From IMG/VR virus record IMGVR_UViG_3300006056_000001, positions 1-64,000 of that record: a stretch of DNA of 64,000 bases, one strand, 5' to 3'. Below the pieces are notes generated by a model, which was given only the letters and a program-made list of their open reading frames with translations, was not told where the DNA came from and searched no databases. The DNA is from a virus (Duplodnaviria > Caudoviricetes). The position numbers were made by a program, and so were the translations under genes. Within the stretch, counting starts at the first letter, position 1. Each line of letters opens with the position of its first letter. Positions 19,300 to 30,530 of the stretch are shown piece by piece.

Positions 19300-21827
19300 T
19301 ATTTTTGACCTGAGAACAGTACGTAATTGTTGTTATTTTTTAAAGGACCTACGCTGTCTGAGAGACTTGTGTTTGCCTCTATATATGTATTTGTAATGTA
19401 AATATCTGGTTCTAGATGATCACCGTGACCTATTCCTGGTTGGAAATAATAATTTGATAATCCTTGATTTACTAATAGATTTCCTTCCCTTGTTGTATAA
19501 TTTTTTGACCAGGCATCTGTTGGATCTATAGATCCTGTAATACCCACTCCTATTATTTTTGTTAAAGGAGGATCAAATAAAGTAGGAATAGAATCCATAG
19601 AAAGAGATTTACTATCTGCCGCATCCCATCTATCTCGGTCTGCTTCTACTGCTCCCCAAAATACTTTAGTATTGTTCTTTAATTCTTTTACATATTCATA
19701 AAAATTACTTTGTTTTAATGTTATGTTTTCTGTAATAAAATAGTTTTTATATCCTTTGTCAGATATCTTTTTCAAGTATACAGGAGACCAAGGAACACTT
19801 ATCTTATTTTTACCTTGTATTGTAGAAGAAGTAATAAATAGACCTAAGCAACTCTCATTACCAGCCAGCTTTCCAGATATCTGTATATCTACAATCTTTA
19901 TTCCAGAAGGATCTTTAAGGTTAGAAATTGCTTTAAAAATAGAATATAGATCTGAGTAATCCTTGAATAAATACTCAACATAGTAGTTATATTTTAGTTC
20001 TACTATATCATTTTTATGATATTCTCCTTCTATCTTGATTCTATATTTAGAAGGATCTATAGAATCTATATCTACTTTCTTTTTATTAAAGTCTATCTTA
20101 ACGTTATTTATACTACTAAAAACAGGAATGTCTGTAGGAAGATAAGTTAAATCAACAGTATTATATACTGGATCAATTAATTTCTTTTCTGTTATTACAA
20201 AAGTAGGACATGTTATTCTTAAAGAATATGCAGTTACTTCAACAGATGCTTCACTAACCACAGGCTGATTGTATTGATTTTTTGATATAGAGATTGAAAT
20301 ACCGTCAGGAATCTTTGTAAGACTTAGCTCTCTTAGTGCGCCATTGACAATTCCAGCAAATCCAGGTCCACCCTTGTTTAGATGTACGTCTTTTATTCTT
20401 TGTGCATATTGATAGTTAGACTCATTAGGGAGTCTAATAATATCATTTGCTAGTCCGTGCTCATCAAAAACATTCCACAAAGCCAGCTCATTTTGTGAAA
20501 ATAAAGCGTTGTTAAGCTCTATAGTTCTTATGTAAGTAGTAGCACCGCCTGGTTCTTTTCCTTGAAATGTAACTTTTAACTTAGCATCTGTTAAATAAAA
20601 AGTTGCTTTCCATGTGGTAGCATTAGGATATTCTAGATTAGAATAGTTTTCTTTACCATCTACTAATATAGACATTGTAGATGATTTTTTACCAGAGACT
20701 ATTTTAATTGTAGATAGTGCGTCTTCGCTAATATTATCTACACTAAAACTATTGTTTATAGAATTACCTAAGAAAGTAAATTTCTGAGGAAACCCTCCTG
20801 CTTGAATAACACCGTTTGTAGATACTGCTAAAGCTCTCCACAAATACTTATTAAAAGTACTAGTAGTACTGTTGTAAAAATCAGACTCATCAATACTAGC
20901 TGTAACACTATTATCTAAGTTGTCAGAAAGATTTCCTCTGTCTATAGTAAAAGGGCCTAGTGTTTTTAAATGAGGATTCCCTAAGGAATCACTGCTATTA
21001 AACATAGACAACATGTCGTGCCAGCCTAGATCTGGAGTCATTTGTATTACATATCCAGTAGGAGTTATGTAATCAATAAAAGCATTTTTCTTAAAATAGG
21101 CATCTACATGTACATCATCTATAGTAACAACTGTTCCAGTTGACACATTTGATATGTATATATCAAAATGATCAGGAGTAGCGGAAGGGAAAGAAGAGCA
21201 CTCAAATTCATACTTAAGTGTATTAATTTTGTTATCTACTTTATATCTACCTGTAGGCTCTGTAGATATCCATGTATTGTTTACATAATCATAATAACTG
21301 ACTATACTTCCTACACTCCAGCCTCTTACAAAAGCTTTTAGACTAGCTTCAGAACCGCTGTTTAATTTACTAAGTAAATAAAGTTGATGCTTGCTCCCTA
21401 TAACAAAAGGACCTTCTTGTCCAGTAGCAATAAGAGTACTTCTTATAATAGGTGGGTTAGAAGCTCCAGAACAGTATAAAGCAATAGATACATCGCCTGC
21501 CAAAGGATGTGCAGAAAAATTACCCGTAATTCCATTTGTTCCTACATATATGGTACTATTTCCTGTTAATATCCATCCTGGGAACTTCCCGGTTTCTTGT
21601 CCTGTAGTTGTTATGTAAGAAAGATTACTTGTTCCTGTAAAGGTATTTGTTTCAAAAGAGCCATTGCTTGTAGCTTCATTTGTTTGATAAACACTCTTTA
21701 CAGATACTTCTTCCCATCTAAATGATCTATTATCTATTCCTCTAGTAGGAATATTATCTACATAGTCATAGTTATTTACAGCAGGAAAGCCGTTAGACTC
21801 ACAACCTTTAAAACGATCTGTATTCAT
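19299..21827 (-). CDS. Baseplate wedge-type protein (842 aa) with an N-terminal CBM-like domain
   Basis: WNVFDEHGLANDIIRLPNESNYQYAQRIKD matches the (L/F)D-x-x-G...R...E-x-(D/N)-x-x-Y-x-x-R-I wedge motif (P2 gpI/gp7 type). NGSFE...PGW...IDDVHV is CBM-like. Confidence 0.65.
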   Translation of the reverse strand: MNTDRFKGCESNGFPAVNNYDYVDNIPTRGIDNRSFRWEEVSVKSVYQTNEATSNGSFETNTFTGTSNLSYITTTGQETGKFPGWILTGNSTIYVGTNGITGNFSAHPLAGDVSIALYCSGASNPPIIRSTLIATGQEGPFVIGSKHQLYLLSKLNSGSEASLKAFVRGWSVGSIVSYYDYVNNTWISTEPTGRYKVDNKINTLKYEFECSSFPSATPDHFDIYISNVSTGTVVTIDDVHVDAYFKKNAFIDYITPTGYVIQMTPDLGWHDMLSMFNSSDSLGNPHLKTLGPFTIDRGNLSDNLDNSVTASIDESDFYNSTTSTFNKYLWRALAVSTNGVIQAGGFPQKFTFLGNSINNSFSVDNISEDALSTIKIVSGKKSSTMSILVDGKENYSNLEYPNATTWKATFYLTDAKLKVTFQGKEPGGATTYIRTIELNNALFSQNELALWNVFDEHGLANDIIRLPNESNYQYAQRIKDVHLNKGGPGFAGIVNGALRELSLTKIPDGISISISKNQYNQPVVSEASVEVTAYSLRITCPTFVITEKKLIDPVYNTVDLTYLPTDIPVFSSINNVKIDFNKKKVDIDSIDPSKYRIKIEGEYHKNDIVELKYNYYVEYLFKDYSDLYSIFKAISNLKDPSGIKIVDIQISGKLAGNESCLGLFITSSTIQGKNKISVPWSPVYLKKISDKGYKNYFITENITLKQSNFYEYVKELKNNTKVFWGAVEADRDRWDAADSKSLSMDSIPTLFDPPLTKIIGVGITGSIDPTDAWSKNYTTREGNLLVNQGLSNYYFQPGIGHGDHLEPDIYITNTYIEANTSLSDSVGPLKNNNNYVLFSGQK

Positions 21828-24283
21828 TAGTTCAATTTATTGATTACAAGTCTTAAATAAGATGGGGCAGAGACTGTACTACTTCCGCTAATTGGTAATG
21901 CAGCAAGAAGTCCAGGGTTTATATCTACTCCTATTAAAGAACTATCTATGTAGAAGATAGCAGCATCTCTTCCTGCTGTAGCACTAGAAGTTCTTTGAAC
22001 ACCTAAAGGAACACTCATTAGTGTACCAGATAGGCCATGTTCAGCTCTTATGTCTTGGCCAAACATGCTATATAATGGAACGTGTGTTTTATTCCAAGAT
22101 AAGGTAGTCGTGCTAGCAGGATTGCCTAAGTATAATGTAGCAGAAATATTGGATATGTCTACGTCTGCTCCTAGATAGTGATTAAAATATAGTCTTCTTG
22201 GAGTAGTTGTTGAAGAAGTCATTCCAGGAGTTACTCTTCCAGAAGTATCTACAATATTTGTATTAGGGTAGATAGGTATCCATGCAGAGTCATATTTACC
22301 ACCTGGTCTATAAGAAATTGTATCTACTATAGTCCAACTGCTTCCGCTATAATATGCTACAACTTCACCTACTGCCGTTTGTCCAGGCATTCTCATAGGC
22401 ACTGCTTTTGCTTTAAATATAGGAGGGTCTTCTGGATCTGTATAGTTGGCATCTGCATAAATATATGCAATACCTGTTGTTACGCTTCCTGCAAGACCAC
22501 TGACTGAATTTGTTAGAGCACTAGATAAAGAATAAGAAGAAGTAGTATTACTTAGTACTCTTACTTCGTTTTCAAAAGAAACTGCAAAAGGTTCATTTGT
22601 AGTACCCTTTACTGTAAAGGTAGGAGAAGCACCACCTGCGGCTTCTATAGTGTTATATCTAATACTGTGTGGATTGTAAAGAAGGTAATAGTCATTGGTT
22701 TGTGGAGAAGAGTCGAATGGATCAGGTAAGAAAACATTAAGTCTGTTAATATAATGTCCTGTCACATTTTCTACAGTGTATCCATATATCGGTGCTTTGC
22801 TATTTTGAGCAGGCCCAGATAACATCTTTACCCACATAGTTCCCGGCTCCATCATTCCAGGAGACCAAAGTCCTGCTGTAGTGCCTGAAGCATTATATGT
22901 TCCACTGACCATTTGTTCATTTAGTAATAGTTGTAATATATTTGGATGTGCTCCAGATATAGATGCTGCAGCATTTAATTGACCTGTTAAAGCAAATACA
23001 TCTCCTACTAAATTTCTAGCAGGTATAACTTTCCATGGACGTGTTACTTCATAGATAGGAGCAGAATAGTTTGTTTTTATAGGAGCAGAAATAATACTAT
23101 TGCCGTGCTTGCTTTGTGTAACATATCTATAAGACAGGGCAATTTCAGAACAGTCTAGTCCATCTACTAAAGACTGTCCTTCACCACCAGAACCATTTGT
23201 ATCAAGCGCTATAATATCTTTGTTAATAAATATACTATCTGCAGCTTCTAGTATATTAGTGTTAGTCTTACCAATAAGATGTGACTCACCATTGACAAAT
23301 AATTCATCTCTTACTGTAAAATCTCCCATTACAGTAGATGTGGTTCCTGTAGTATTTACTATTGTAATATTACCTACAGCTTTAATATTGCCCATTACGG
23401 AAACATCGCCGTGTACTCTCAGCATGGAACCGGAGTAATAACTTCCTGTAAGACCTGTAGACAGTACCTGACCGGAGTATCCAGCCCATGCAGGACCTCC
23501 AATAGTCATCTGTCCTTCTCCGCTTAGAGAGCCTTTATAAGTAATTACATCTCCTGTCTTAGTACCTAATACTATTCTTGATGTCTTCGTACCGTCTGAC
23601 TGAGTTATAGTAAATCCAGTAGCATCTACAATAACATTGTCTGTTGCCCTACCTACTTGTATAGTATGAGAACTTCCTCTTATTGCTTTTAGCCCGGCGT
23701 CATCAGAAGAAGCTATTACAATATTTTGATTAAGATGGGATAGCTGGACGGCGTTCTGCAATACTCCGCTTACTACACTGTCTCCAGGATTATCAAAGGT
23801 AGCTATCTTTAAAGTTCTTAATCCGGCATACCCTGTATCTGTTGTAGGTCCTACAAATTGCTGTAGCTCCATAACAGAATCTTGTAGTACGTTAATGTTC
23901 CATGTTACATCACAGTCTGGTACTGCAACATATGTTACAGTAAAGTCTGCAGAAGGCAGGGAAGAGAATACTACATATCCTTGCTTAGCATTAGTAAAAC
24001 TAGTGTCTAAAGTACCATCAGAAACTGTTATACTAGTTACTGTTCCATTACTTCCTATTAATGGTCTGTGATGTAAGTATAGTCTACTACCTAACAGATC
24101 TGTTACTTTTCTAGATTCAGTTACAGATTGGGATCCATCTGAATCAGAAATTAATCTAGTGTACAAATCAAGATTACTAGGAAATCCTATTTCTCTTCCT
24201 TTGTTATAATAAGGATTAGAAGAGACTACTGTTGTAGAACTCTCTCCTGTTGGAGCATGTGTGGAGTAAATGTTGTAAGACAT
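21827..24283 (-). CDS. Tail fibre-like protein (818 aa)
   Basis: Short coiled coil NVLQDSVMELQ, then triple-beta-helix-like strands (VHGDVSVMGNIKAVGNITIV, VMGDFTVRDELFVNGESHL); Ser/Thr/Gly-rich. Confidence 0.55.
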   Translation of the reverse strand: MSYNIYSTHAPTGESSTTVVSSNPYYNKGREIGFPSNLDLYTRLISDSDGSQSVTESRKVTDLLGSRLYLHHRPLIGSNGTVTSITVSDGTLDTSFTNAKQGYVVFSSLPSADFTVTYVAVPDCDVTWNINVLQDSVMELQQFVGPTTDTGYAGLRTLKIATFDNPGDSVVSGVLQNAVQLSHLNQNIVIASSDDAGLKAIRGSSHTIQVGRATDNVIVDATGFTITQSDGTKTSRIVLGTKTGDVITYKGSLSGEGQMTIGGPAWAGYSGQVLSTGLTGSYYSGSMLRVHGDVSVMGNIKAVGNITIVNTTGTTSTVMGDFTVRDELFVNGESHLIGKTNTNILEAADSIFINKDIIALDTNGSGGEGQSLVDGLDCSEIALSYRYVTQSKHGNSIISAPIKTNYSAPIYEVTRPWKVIPARNLVGDVFALTGQLNAAASISGAHPNILQLLLNEQMVSGTYNASGTTAGLWSPGMMEPGTMWVKMLSGPAQNSKAPIYGYTVENVTGHYINRLNVFLPDPFDSSPQTNDYYLLYNPHSIRYNTIEAAGGASPTFTVKGTTNEPFAVSFENEVRVLSNTTSSYSLSSALTNSVSGLAGSVTTGIAYIYADANYTDPEDPPIFKAKAVPMRMPGQTAVGEVVAYYSGSSWTIVDTISYRPGGKYDSAWIPIYPNTNIVDTSGRVTPGMTSSTTTPRRLYFNHYLGADVDISNISATLYLGNPASTTTLSWNKTHVPLYSMFGQDIRAEHGLSGTLMSVPLGVQRTSSATAGRDAAIFYIDSSLIGVDINPGLLAALPISGSSTVSAPSYLRLVINKLN

Positions 24284-27200
24284 TAGATTATGTTTATTTT
24301 TTGGTTAGGGTATTCCTCTATAGTATAGAGTCTGTTATTAAGTGTATTAAAGTAATAGTAGTCAAAATAAAGTTTGTAATATTTTTTGACATTATTTGTG
24401 GTACTTATTACTAAACAAGAAGGGTCTATTTCAGATAGGTAAATTTCTGATATCTCTTCTTGTATTTGATTTAATCCATATATAGAATCAAAATTTAGAT
24501 TTAAATTGAAATCACAGACAGACTCTAAATATGTTTCTCCATTAGGAGTAATTATAGGCTTTACTATCTTTAGCGTACGGATTGTATTATTTTTTATTGT
24601 TTCTTTACATGCAACAAATAACCAATCTTTTCTTACCGCTAAAGCCAAAGGAATTATTGTGTTTTCAGAAACCTCTTTTGTTCCATAACTAAATTCTTCA
24701 TAATACCTTAGGTCTCTTATACCATAAGAAGCATATACATCCCATTCATTTAGTGCAGATCTTTCTTTAATCTTTCCTTCTTGAACAACATATTCTGTAC
24801 TTATAATTTCATTATGGAAAGAAACCCTTCTTCCTGTTTTCTTATTAACATATAGATTTAAATTTTTAACAGGTTTACTGGTTTTTTCAACTCTAGTAGG
24901 TACATCAGCTTTCAAGAACTCTTGTTCATTTCCTATATATACAAGATTAATTTTATTGCTATGATACTCTTCTCCAACTGTAAACACAGAGTTAAAAGGA
25001 GAGGAATAAGGAAGGTATGGACGAACATCTTTATTAGAAGATGTCCAGTTAGTTAAACTACCTATCTCAAGTTGTGGTGCAGCTATACATACGTCTCCGT
25101 CGCAATCTGTTTTTACTATAAAGTTTACTTTGTAAATCTGTGCATATATTTGTATAGGAAGTACTAGCCTTATCCATTCTGTGGAACGATTAGATAGTAC
25201 TGCCTGTTGTATAATAGAAGTTCCATCTATTTTTTCTATTGCTATAATTAATTTTGCAGATACATTATTGGCATTTGATTTAAAATAAATAGATCCTGTA
25301 AGAGTATTTACAGAAGTGTTGTTAAAAAATATAGTTTGACTTATTCTTGTTTTTCCAGTAGATCTAATACAAGTAGAATTTATTCCACTTTCTTTATTGT
25401 TTAGTACTAGAGGACTCTCTAAAGAATTTTGCCATCCAGCCGGGGATCCTTTTATAGAAATATCTTTTATTTCAAATCCAGAATTAAATAACACATTTCT
25501 CTTTTTATTTTCAAGTAATTCTTTTTTGTTAACATCTATATAAGATAATTTATTTAATAAGCTTGAATCAGATGTAATCAAATAATTATTTTGAACATTT
25601 GTAGAAACGGTATTTATTACTTCTTCAAAAGAAATTCCCCAAGAGTTAGCCAGCTTCCATCCATTAGAATCACGATCTTGTCTTACTCTGGTCCATTGAG
25701 GCAGATTGTTTAGTATCTGTTGTGTTGCTGGTGCAAGTCTTCCTATCATAGGATCCTCTAAATTAGATATATTTAAAGGAGAATATGAATATACAAAAGA
25801 GTATTCATGACTAGTAACAGGTGTTTGACTATAACTATATCTTACATTAGCATAATCAGAAACCAGATCAGAGAATACCGACTTGTCTAATATAGTGTTG
25901 TTTGCTTCTATTTCATATATAACAAAATCATATTTATCTAAACTTAGACTTATTTCTTTTGTTTCTAATGGATTTTTTATATCAATTAATGTTTTTGTAC
26001 CATGTTCGGCACTTGTTAAATCTAGTGAATACACTTGATATCCGTTATCTAACCCATACTTTTCTGGATCAAAAACACCAGAGAAGCTACTGGTTCCAGA
26101 ATACCAATTGTATATTCCTATTAAATAGTTTCCATTTCTATTTTTTCTAACAAAATGTGGAGTAGTTTCTATTCCAGGATTTCCAGAATAAGGATTTAAA
26201 CAACTAGACAATGCACTCTTTAAAAGAATATATTGGTCAACTAATTGACCAGACATATAATTTTCTGATGTCCACTCTTCTAGTGGATGTTGTATAGAAC
26301 CATGATAAATAAAATCAGGACAATATGCTTGTAGCCTTAGTTGAACTTTGTTGAAGTTATTAAATAAACCACTCCATTTTATACTAGAGTGTACTATTGA
26401 AGCGTCATCTTGTATTCCTGTAAGTGTAGGCGCTACAAAATCAATTTGACTATCTACATGCCACATAGACATTCTATTAGAGTATGGCCACATTGTAGCT
26501 GAGAAAGCAGCCCAAGCAGCTTCTTGTTCAGAATTAGTTTGAGGTCTTGTTAAATTTTGATTATATGCGCCTATTCCAGTAATAACATTACTATTAAAAT
26601 AGTAATCAAAAACATTTGTTGAATAGACACCTGCCCACTCATAAGCAATAGATCTATCACTATATGCTATTTGAAAAGAAGGACATCTTTGTATCCAATT
26701 AGGTTGCTTAATGTAACATCGCCAGTATTCCATCCAAGGATACGTGCTTAATAAAGTACTAATGTCCCCATCAGATAATCCATCTACAGTCGGTCCCAAG
26801 ACACTTAAATTTAATATTGCATCCTCTCTAGGATTAGAAAAACTATTTACAAAGTAGTTTAATATAGGGCCTAAAGGCTCATAAAAAGGAGCTAAAGGAC
26901 TAAATTGTAAAAGAACATCATTAGGAAATTCTGGCGCCGATGCAAACTGCCAATCATTAATGGAGATACCTGTAAATCCATTTTCTATATATGCTTGTTC
27001 CATTAAATTTTTCTGATCTTTAATCCAATTTAACTGTGCATCATTATAGTATTTACTATATCCTGCTCTTGGATGTGTTGCATACATAGTTGTATCCGAA
27101 TCTGGATCATAGTATTTATGATTTTTAGCAAAGCAGCCGCGACCAAAATTACCTAAGGTATCATTATATGTTCCCATTTTACTGCTATATAGTTCTTTTT

Positions 27201-28944
27201 TATATTGCTTATTTTTGTCTCTACATATTTCCGTAGATACACAAGATTGCCAAGAGTCAAAATTAAATATAGTAGGTAGTGTACCAGATTTTGCATATAT
27301 ACTATAATCATCATTTGTAAACGTTTTATCTTCATTATAAATTGATTTTGTTCCAAGATCTATTCCACTATGAGTTGTAGTCCAAATAGATCCTGTAGAA
27401 ACTATAAAGGAAAAAAGATCATAAGAATATAAGATACCATTAGAGTCAAAAATACCTGAATAAATTGTTTTGTGTTTTTCATTTACTGCATAATCTGGGG
27501 ATTTAAATATATCTGGACCCATTAAGGCATATCCGGATCCAGCCCATGTTTGCCACCCATTGTATGTTGATCCTGGATTTCCAGAAATACTAATAGAAGA
27601 AGGAGTGGCGTTCAAGGTGACGGTTTGATAATGCATAGGAATGTATGGATCTTCTAGATTAGGATTTACACATTCTTTGTATACTTGTTTATAGTAATTT
27701 AAAGAGCTTAACATACTGTTTAAATTACCCGTTGTATACCCATACACATTTAGTACAAGAGGTATCTCTGCTGCTTTTTTAGAAATTTCTCCGCTTAATT
27801 GTCTTTCATAAAGTGATTTGGGCATCCAACCATATGCCTCTTGTTCTTTTACGGCTTCCTCTCTAAATACATCAAATCCTTTCCAATCTACCCATGTAGT
27901 TTCACTCTTAAACGGGCGGATTCTTAGGCTCCAACTAGGACTATTATAAATACTATATGGTGTCTCTTCGTCATTATATCCTCCTATGCCGTAAGGATCT
28001 ACTTGATGATCTGAATTGTGATAAGTATGTATTAATAAATTTTCTCCATCGCTATACCACTGGAACCCTTTAGGATTAGATCCTTCTTGGTCCATGCCAT
28101 AAATTAAAGTTCCATTTTTAGTTCTTTTATTTCCTATAACAAGAGCAGGCATAGACAGTCCACCTGGAGAACCAAAATTATATTTGTGTCTACTAGACAA
28201 AGGAAAGCCTATAAAACTACCTGCATAGCATCTTGTTTTTTTATCAGAATATTGAAATGATTCTTCATCAAATCTTGGACTTCTAAGATACTTAAATGGA
28301 TTGTAATATGTATATCCTACTGCTATAGGGGCAGACAATACAAAATCATCATTTACTGTTTCGTCTTCATCTTTACTTATAACTATAGAAGGGAAGTGTA
28401 TAGCTGCTACTACAGAAGACTTACTTAATTTTAAATCCTCTGTATTATAGCTTTGTGTGCTGTAGGTTGTTAATTTTATATCTAAACTAAAAGAGTCGTT
28501 TTCTAAGGAAACATCTAATAATACTATAGCTCCAAATTCTGGTCTTTTTATATCATACTTAACATCTGTCCAAACAAAATTAAATGCTTTTTTGTTTTCT
28601 GATTGTATAGGTACTTGAGAAGGAACTTGAAATTTCTTATGAGAAGGATATACAGACACATGAGTTGTGTGGAATGCGCCATTTAAAGAATCTGATCCAT
28701 AAGAAATTATAGTATTAATTTGCCATAGATTTCTTGATTTATTATATGTATACTCCCCATCATTAGTTTTCCAACTATCTAGTCTGACTCCAGTTACCGG
28801 ATCTTCTATAAAATTAAAAGTTACATGGTCATTTATTAATGACCACTTCTTTAAACTAGAGTTGTCTGGTGTAGTAATTAATCTTTTACTATTTAAAAAA
28901 GGCCCTATTTTTCTAGAGCCGACTAGATTTTTAGGAGTTATCAT
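24283..28944 (-). CDS. Baseplate wedge-associated protein (1553 aa): glycosidase-like N-terminal region, wedge-like segment and CBM-like domain
   Basis: ATQQILNNLPQWTRVRQDRDSNGWKLANSWG resembles baseplate wedge N-termini; NVLFNSGFE...PAGW...EWIRLVL...IAAPQLE is CBM4/9-like; the first ~1000 aa look like a beta-sandwich plus TIM-barrel glycoside hydrolase. Confidence 0.5.
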   Translation of the reverse strand: MITPKNLVGSRKIGPFLNSKRLITTPDNSSLKKWSLINDHVTFNFIEDPVTGVRLDSWKTNDGEYTYNKSRNLWQINTIISYGSDSLNGAFHTTHVSVYPSHKKFQVPSQVPIQSENKKAFNFVWTDVKYDIKRPEFGAIVLLDVSLENDSFSLDIKLTTYSTQSYNTEDLKLSKSSVVAAIHFPSIVISKDEDETVNDDFVLSAPIAVGYTYYNPFKYLRSPRFDEESFQYSDKKTRCYAGSFIGFPLSSRHKYNFGSPGGLSMPALVIGNKRTKNGTLIYGMDQEGSNPKGFQWYSDGENLLIHTYHNSDHQVDPYGIGGYNDEETPYSIYNSPSWSLRIRPFKSETTWVDWKGFDVFREEAVKEQEAYGWMPKSLYERQLSGEISKKAAEIPLVLNVYGYTTGNLNSMLSSLNYYKQVYKECVNPNLEDPYIPMHYQTVTLNATPSSISISGNPGSTYNGWQTWAGSGYALMGPDIFKSPDYAVNEKHKTIYSGIFDSNGILYSYDLFSFIVSTGSIWTTTHSGIDLGTKSIYNEDKTFTNDDYSIYAKSGTLPTIFNFDSWQSCVSTEICRDKNKQYKKELYSSKMGTYNDTLGNFGRGCFAKNHKYYDPDSDTTMYATHPRAGYSKYYNDAQLNWIKDQKNLMEQAYIENGFTGISINDWQFASAPEFPNDVLLQFSPLAPFYEPLGPILNYFVNSFSNPREDAILNLSVLGPTVDGLSDGDISTLLSTYPWMEYWRCYIKQPNWIQRCPSFQIAYSDRSIAYEWAGVYSTNVFDYYFNSNVITGIGAYNQNLTRPQTNSEQEAAWAAFSATMWPYSNRMSMWHVDSQIDFVAPTLTGIQDDASIVHSSIKWSGLFNNFNKVQLRLQAYCPDFIYHGSIQHPLEEWTSENYMSGQLVDQYILLKSALSSCLNPYSGNPGIETTPHFVRKNRNGNYLIGIYNWYSGTSSFSGVFDPEKYGLDNGYQVYSLDLTSAEHGTKTLIDIKNPLETKEISLSLDKYDFVIYEIEANNTILDKSVFSDLVSDYANVRYSYSQTPVTSHEYSFVYSYSPLNISNLEDPMIGRLAPATQQILNNLPQWTRVRQDRDSNGWKLANSWGISFEEVINTVSTNVQNNYLITSDSSLLNKLSYIDVNKKELLENKKRNVLFNSGFEIKDISIKGSPAGWQNSLESPLVLNNKESGINSTCIRSTGKTRISQTIFFNNTSVNTLTGSIYFKSNANNVSAKLIIAIEKIDGTSIIQQAVLSNRSTEWIRLVLPIQIYAQIYKVNFIVKTDCDGDVCIAAPQLEIGSLTNWTSSNKDVRPYLPYSSPFNSVFTVGEEYHSNKINLVYIGNEQEFLKADVPTRVEKTSKPVKNLNLYVNKKTGRRVSFHNEIISTEYVVQEGKIKERSALNEWDVYASYGIRDLRYYEEFSYGTKEVSENTIIPLALAVRKDWLFVACKETIKNNTIRTLKIVKPIITPNGETYLESVCDFNLNLNFDSIYGLNQIQEEISEIYLSEIDPSCLVISTTNNVKKYYKLYFDYYYFNTLNNRLYTIEEYPNQKINII

Positions 28945-30530
28945 ACAGCGGGTTGTACTGGAATAATGTTTATGTTCTTTATTTTGTTTAGTCCGTATCT
29001 TACTTCTGATTCAAATTTTATAGTTTGTGCAGTAGTAAAAGCTGAATTTGAAGTAAATACTGCTACTCCATTATCAAAATACATTCCTTTGTATTTTTCT
29101 CCAATGTCAGTATCTTGAGTAGAATACATTCCAGTATGTAAAGATCTTACAGGATTTGCAGGATCTCCTTGATACAGACTACCACTAATTAAAAGAGATG
29201 GATTTCCAACACCATCTGTAATAATTTGACCATTAGATAGAGATATGGGACCTGCCATAAAATGGCTTGTTTCGGATACAAGATTATATGTACTTTCCTG
29301 TTCATTAGCCGTAAATTCGAAACTTTTTATTTCTGGGGTTTCTATAGTAGATATCCAACTTCCTGACGTGTCTATTGATTTTGCAATAGTTGTATAAGTT
29401 TCTCCAAACTTAGGTATAGTTTCTAATTTAGAAATATTAGATCTATATATTGTATAGGTAGATCCTGTGCTAGCTGCATTAGCAGGCCAATACTGTATAA
29501 AGAAATCACCTTGAGCAGCATTGGCATGAGGGCCGGTGTACAAAATAACTCCTGTATATGTTGAAGAAGGGCTAGAAGCAGGATTATAAAAAACTAGATC
29601 TCCTCTTTGAATTTCTCTCATGTACAGATCATTTTTTAGTGCTACTGTACTTACGGTATAAAAAGGTAATCCGGCTAAAAGAGTGTTTGGATAATCAACT
29701 AGTGCAGATCCACTGTAATACCCACTTGTATAAGACATAGATCCTATTTTACCTGGAATTGGTTCATTTAAACCAAATCTTGCTTTAAGCCCGTTCTCTC
29801 CCAAGTTGGATCCAGATCCATTATAAGAAAGACCAGAATAAGAAGTTACTATTCGATATGGTTTAAATTTTACTATTTGTCCAGATAGTCCATAACAATT
29901 TTTGTCTATAGAAAGTATATTAAGATTTTGATTTGTTACAGTATATATTTGCCCTGAAGCACTACCACTAATAACCTCCATAAATGTGTTTTTTAAATTA
30001 TATCCTGTATAGCTTGCTAAAGACTTATCCACTGTAATTGTAACTTTGTTTTTGTCTGTTACTGTATTAATAGCCCCTTGAAACACACTGTCTCCTCTTT
30101 CTATAATAATAGGAGTATCAATGTACATGTTATTTCTAGAATCAAGCACATTAAAATCAGTAGTTGTATATTCAACTTCTATTGCTCTTGTAAAACTTTG
30201 TAAGAATCCCACTTCTGCTTGCATCTCCCACATTGTGTGTGGATTAGAAATATATACTCCTGATAAATCTGTTCTATAAATAGATGTATCATACCCACCT
30301 TCATATATAGATAGGTCTAATTCCATTTTTGAAGAGCCTGTATAGCTAGTAAAAGAAGTATATCCGCTTCCTTTATGTAATGTAAAATATTTTATTAATA
30401 CCCCATCGGTATCTATTATTCTATATTCTACAGGATTTACAATACCAGTATATACTGATGAAGTTGATAAACAAGCTGTGATTGTTTTATTTGTATAGTC
30501 TAAAGAAGTGTTTAAATTAAATTCAGTCAT
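28941..30530 (-). CDS. Virion structural protein (529 aa), beta-rich
   Basis: ATGA-coupled on both sides; VISGSASGQIYTV fibre-type motif; Ser/Thr/Gly/Tyr-rich. Confidence 0.5.
   Translation of the reverse strand: MTEFNLNTSLDYTNKTITACLSTSSVYTGIVNPVEYRIIDTDGVLIKYFTLHKGSGYTSFTSYTGSSKMELDLSIYEGGYDTSIYRTDLSGVYISNPHTMWEMQAEVGFLQSFTRAIEVEYTTTDFNVLDSRNNMYIDTPIIIERGDSVFQGAINTVTDKNKVTITVDKSLASYTGYNLKNTFMEVISGSASGQIYTVTNQNLNILSIDKNCYGLSGQIVKFKPYRIVTSYSGLSYNGSGSNLGENGLKARFGLNEPIPGKIGSMSYTSGYYSGSALVDYPNTLLAGLPFYTVSTVALKNDLYMREIQRGDLVFYNPASSPSSTYTGVILYTGPHANAAQGDFFIQYWPANAASTGSTYTIYRSNISKLETIPKFGETYTTIAKSIDTSGSWISTIETPEIKSFEFTANEQESTYNLVSETSHFMAGPISLSNGQIITDGVGNPSLLISGSLYQGDPANPVRSLHTGMYSTQDTDIGEKYKGMYFDNGVAVFTSNSAFTTAQTIKFESEVRYGLNKIKNINIIPVQPAV

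Noticed and set aside
479-30530. Diversity-generating retroelement or invertible fibre cassette
   Set aside because: No reverse transcriptase, recombinase or near-identical long DNA repeats were noticed in this window; a self dot-plot would be needed to exclude them fully.
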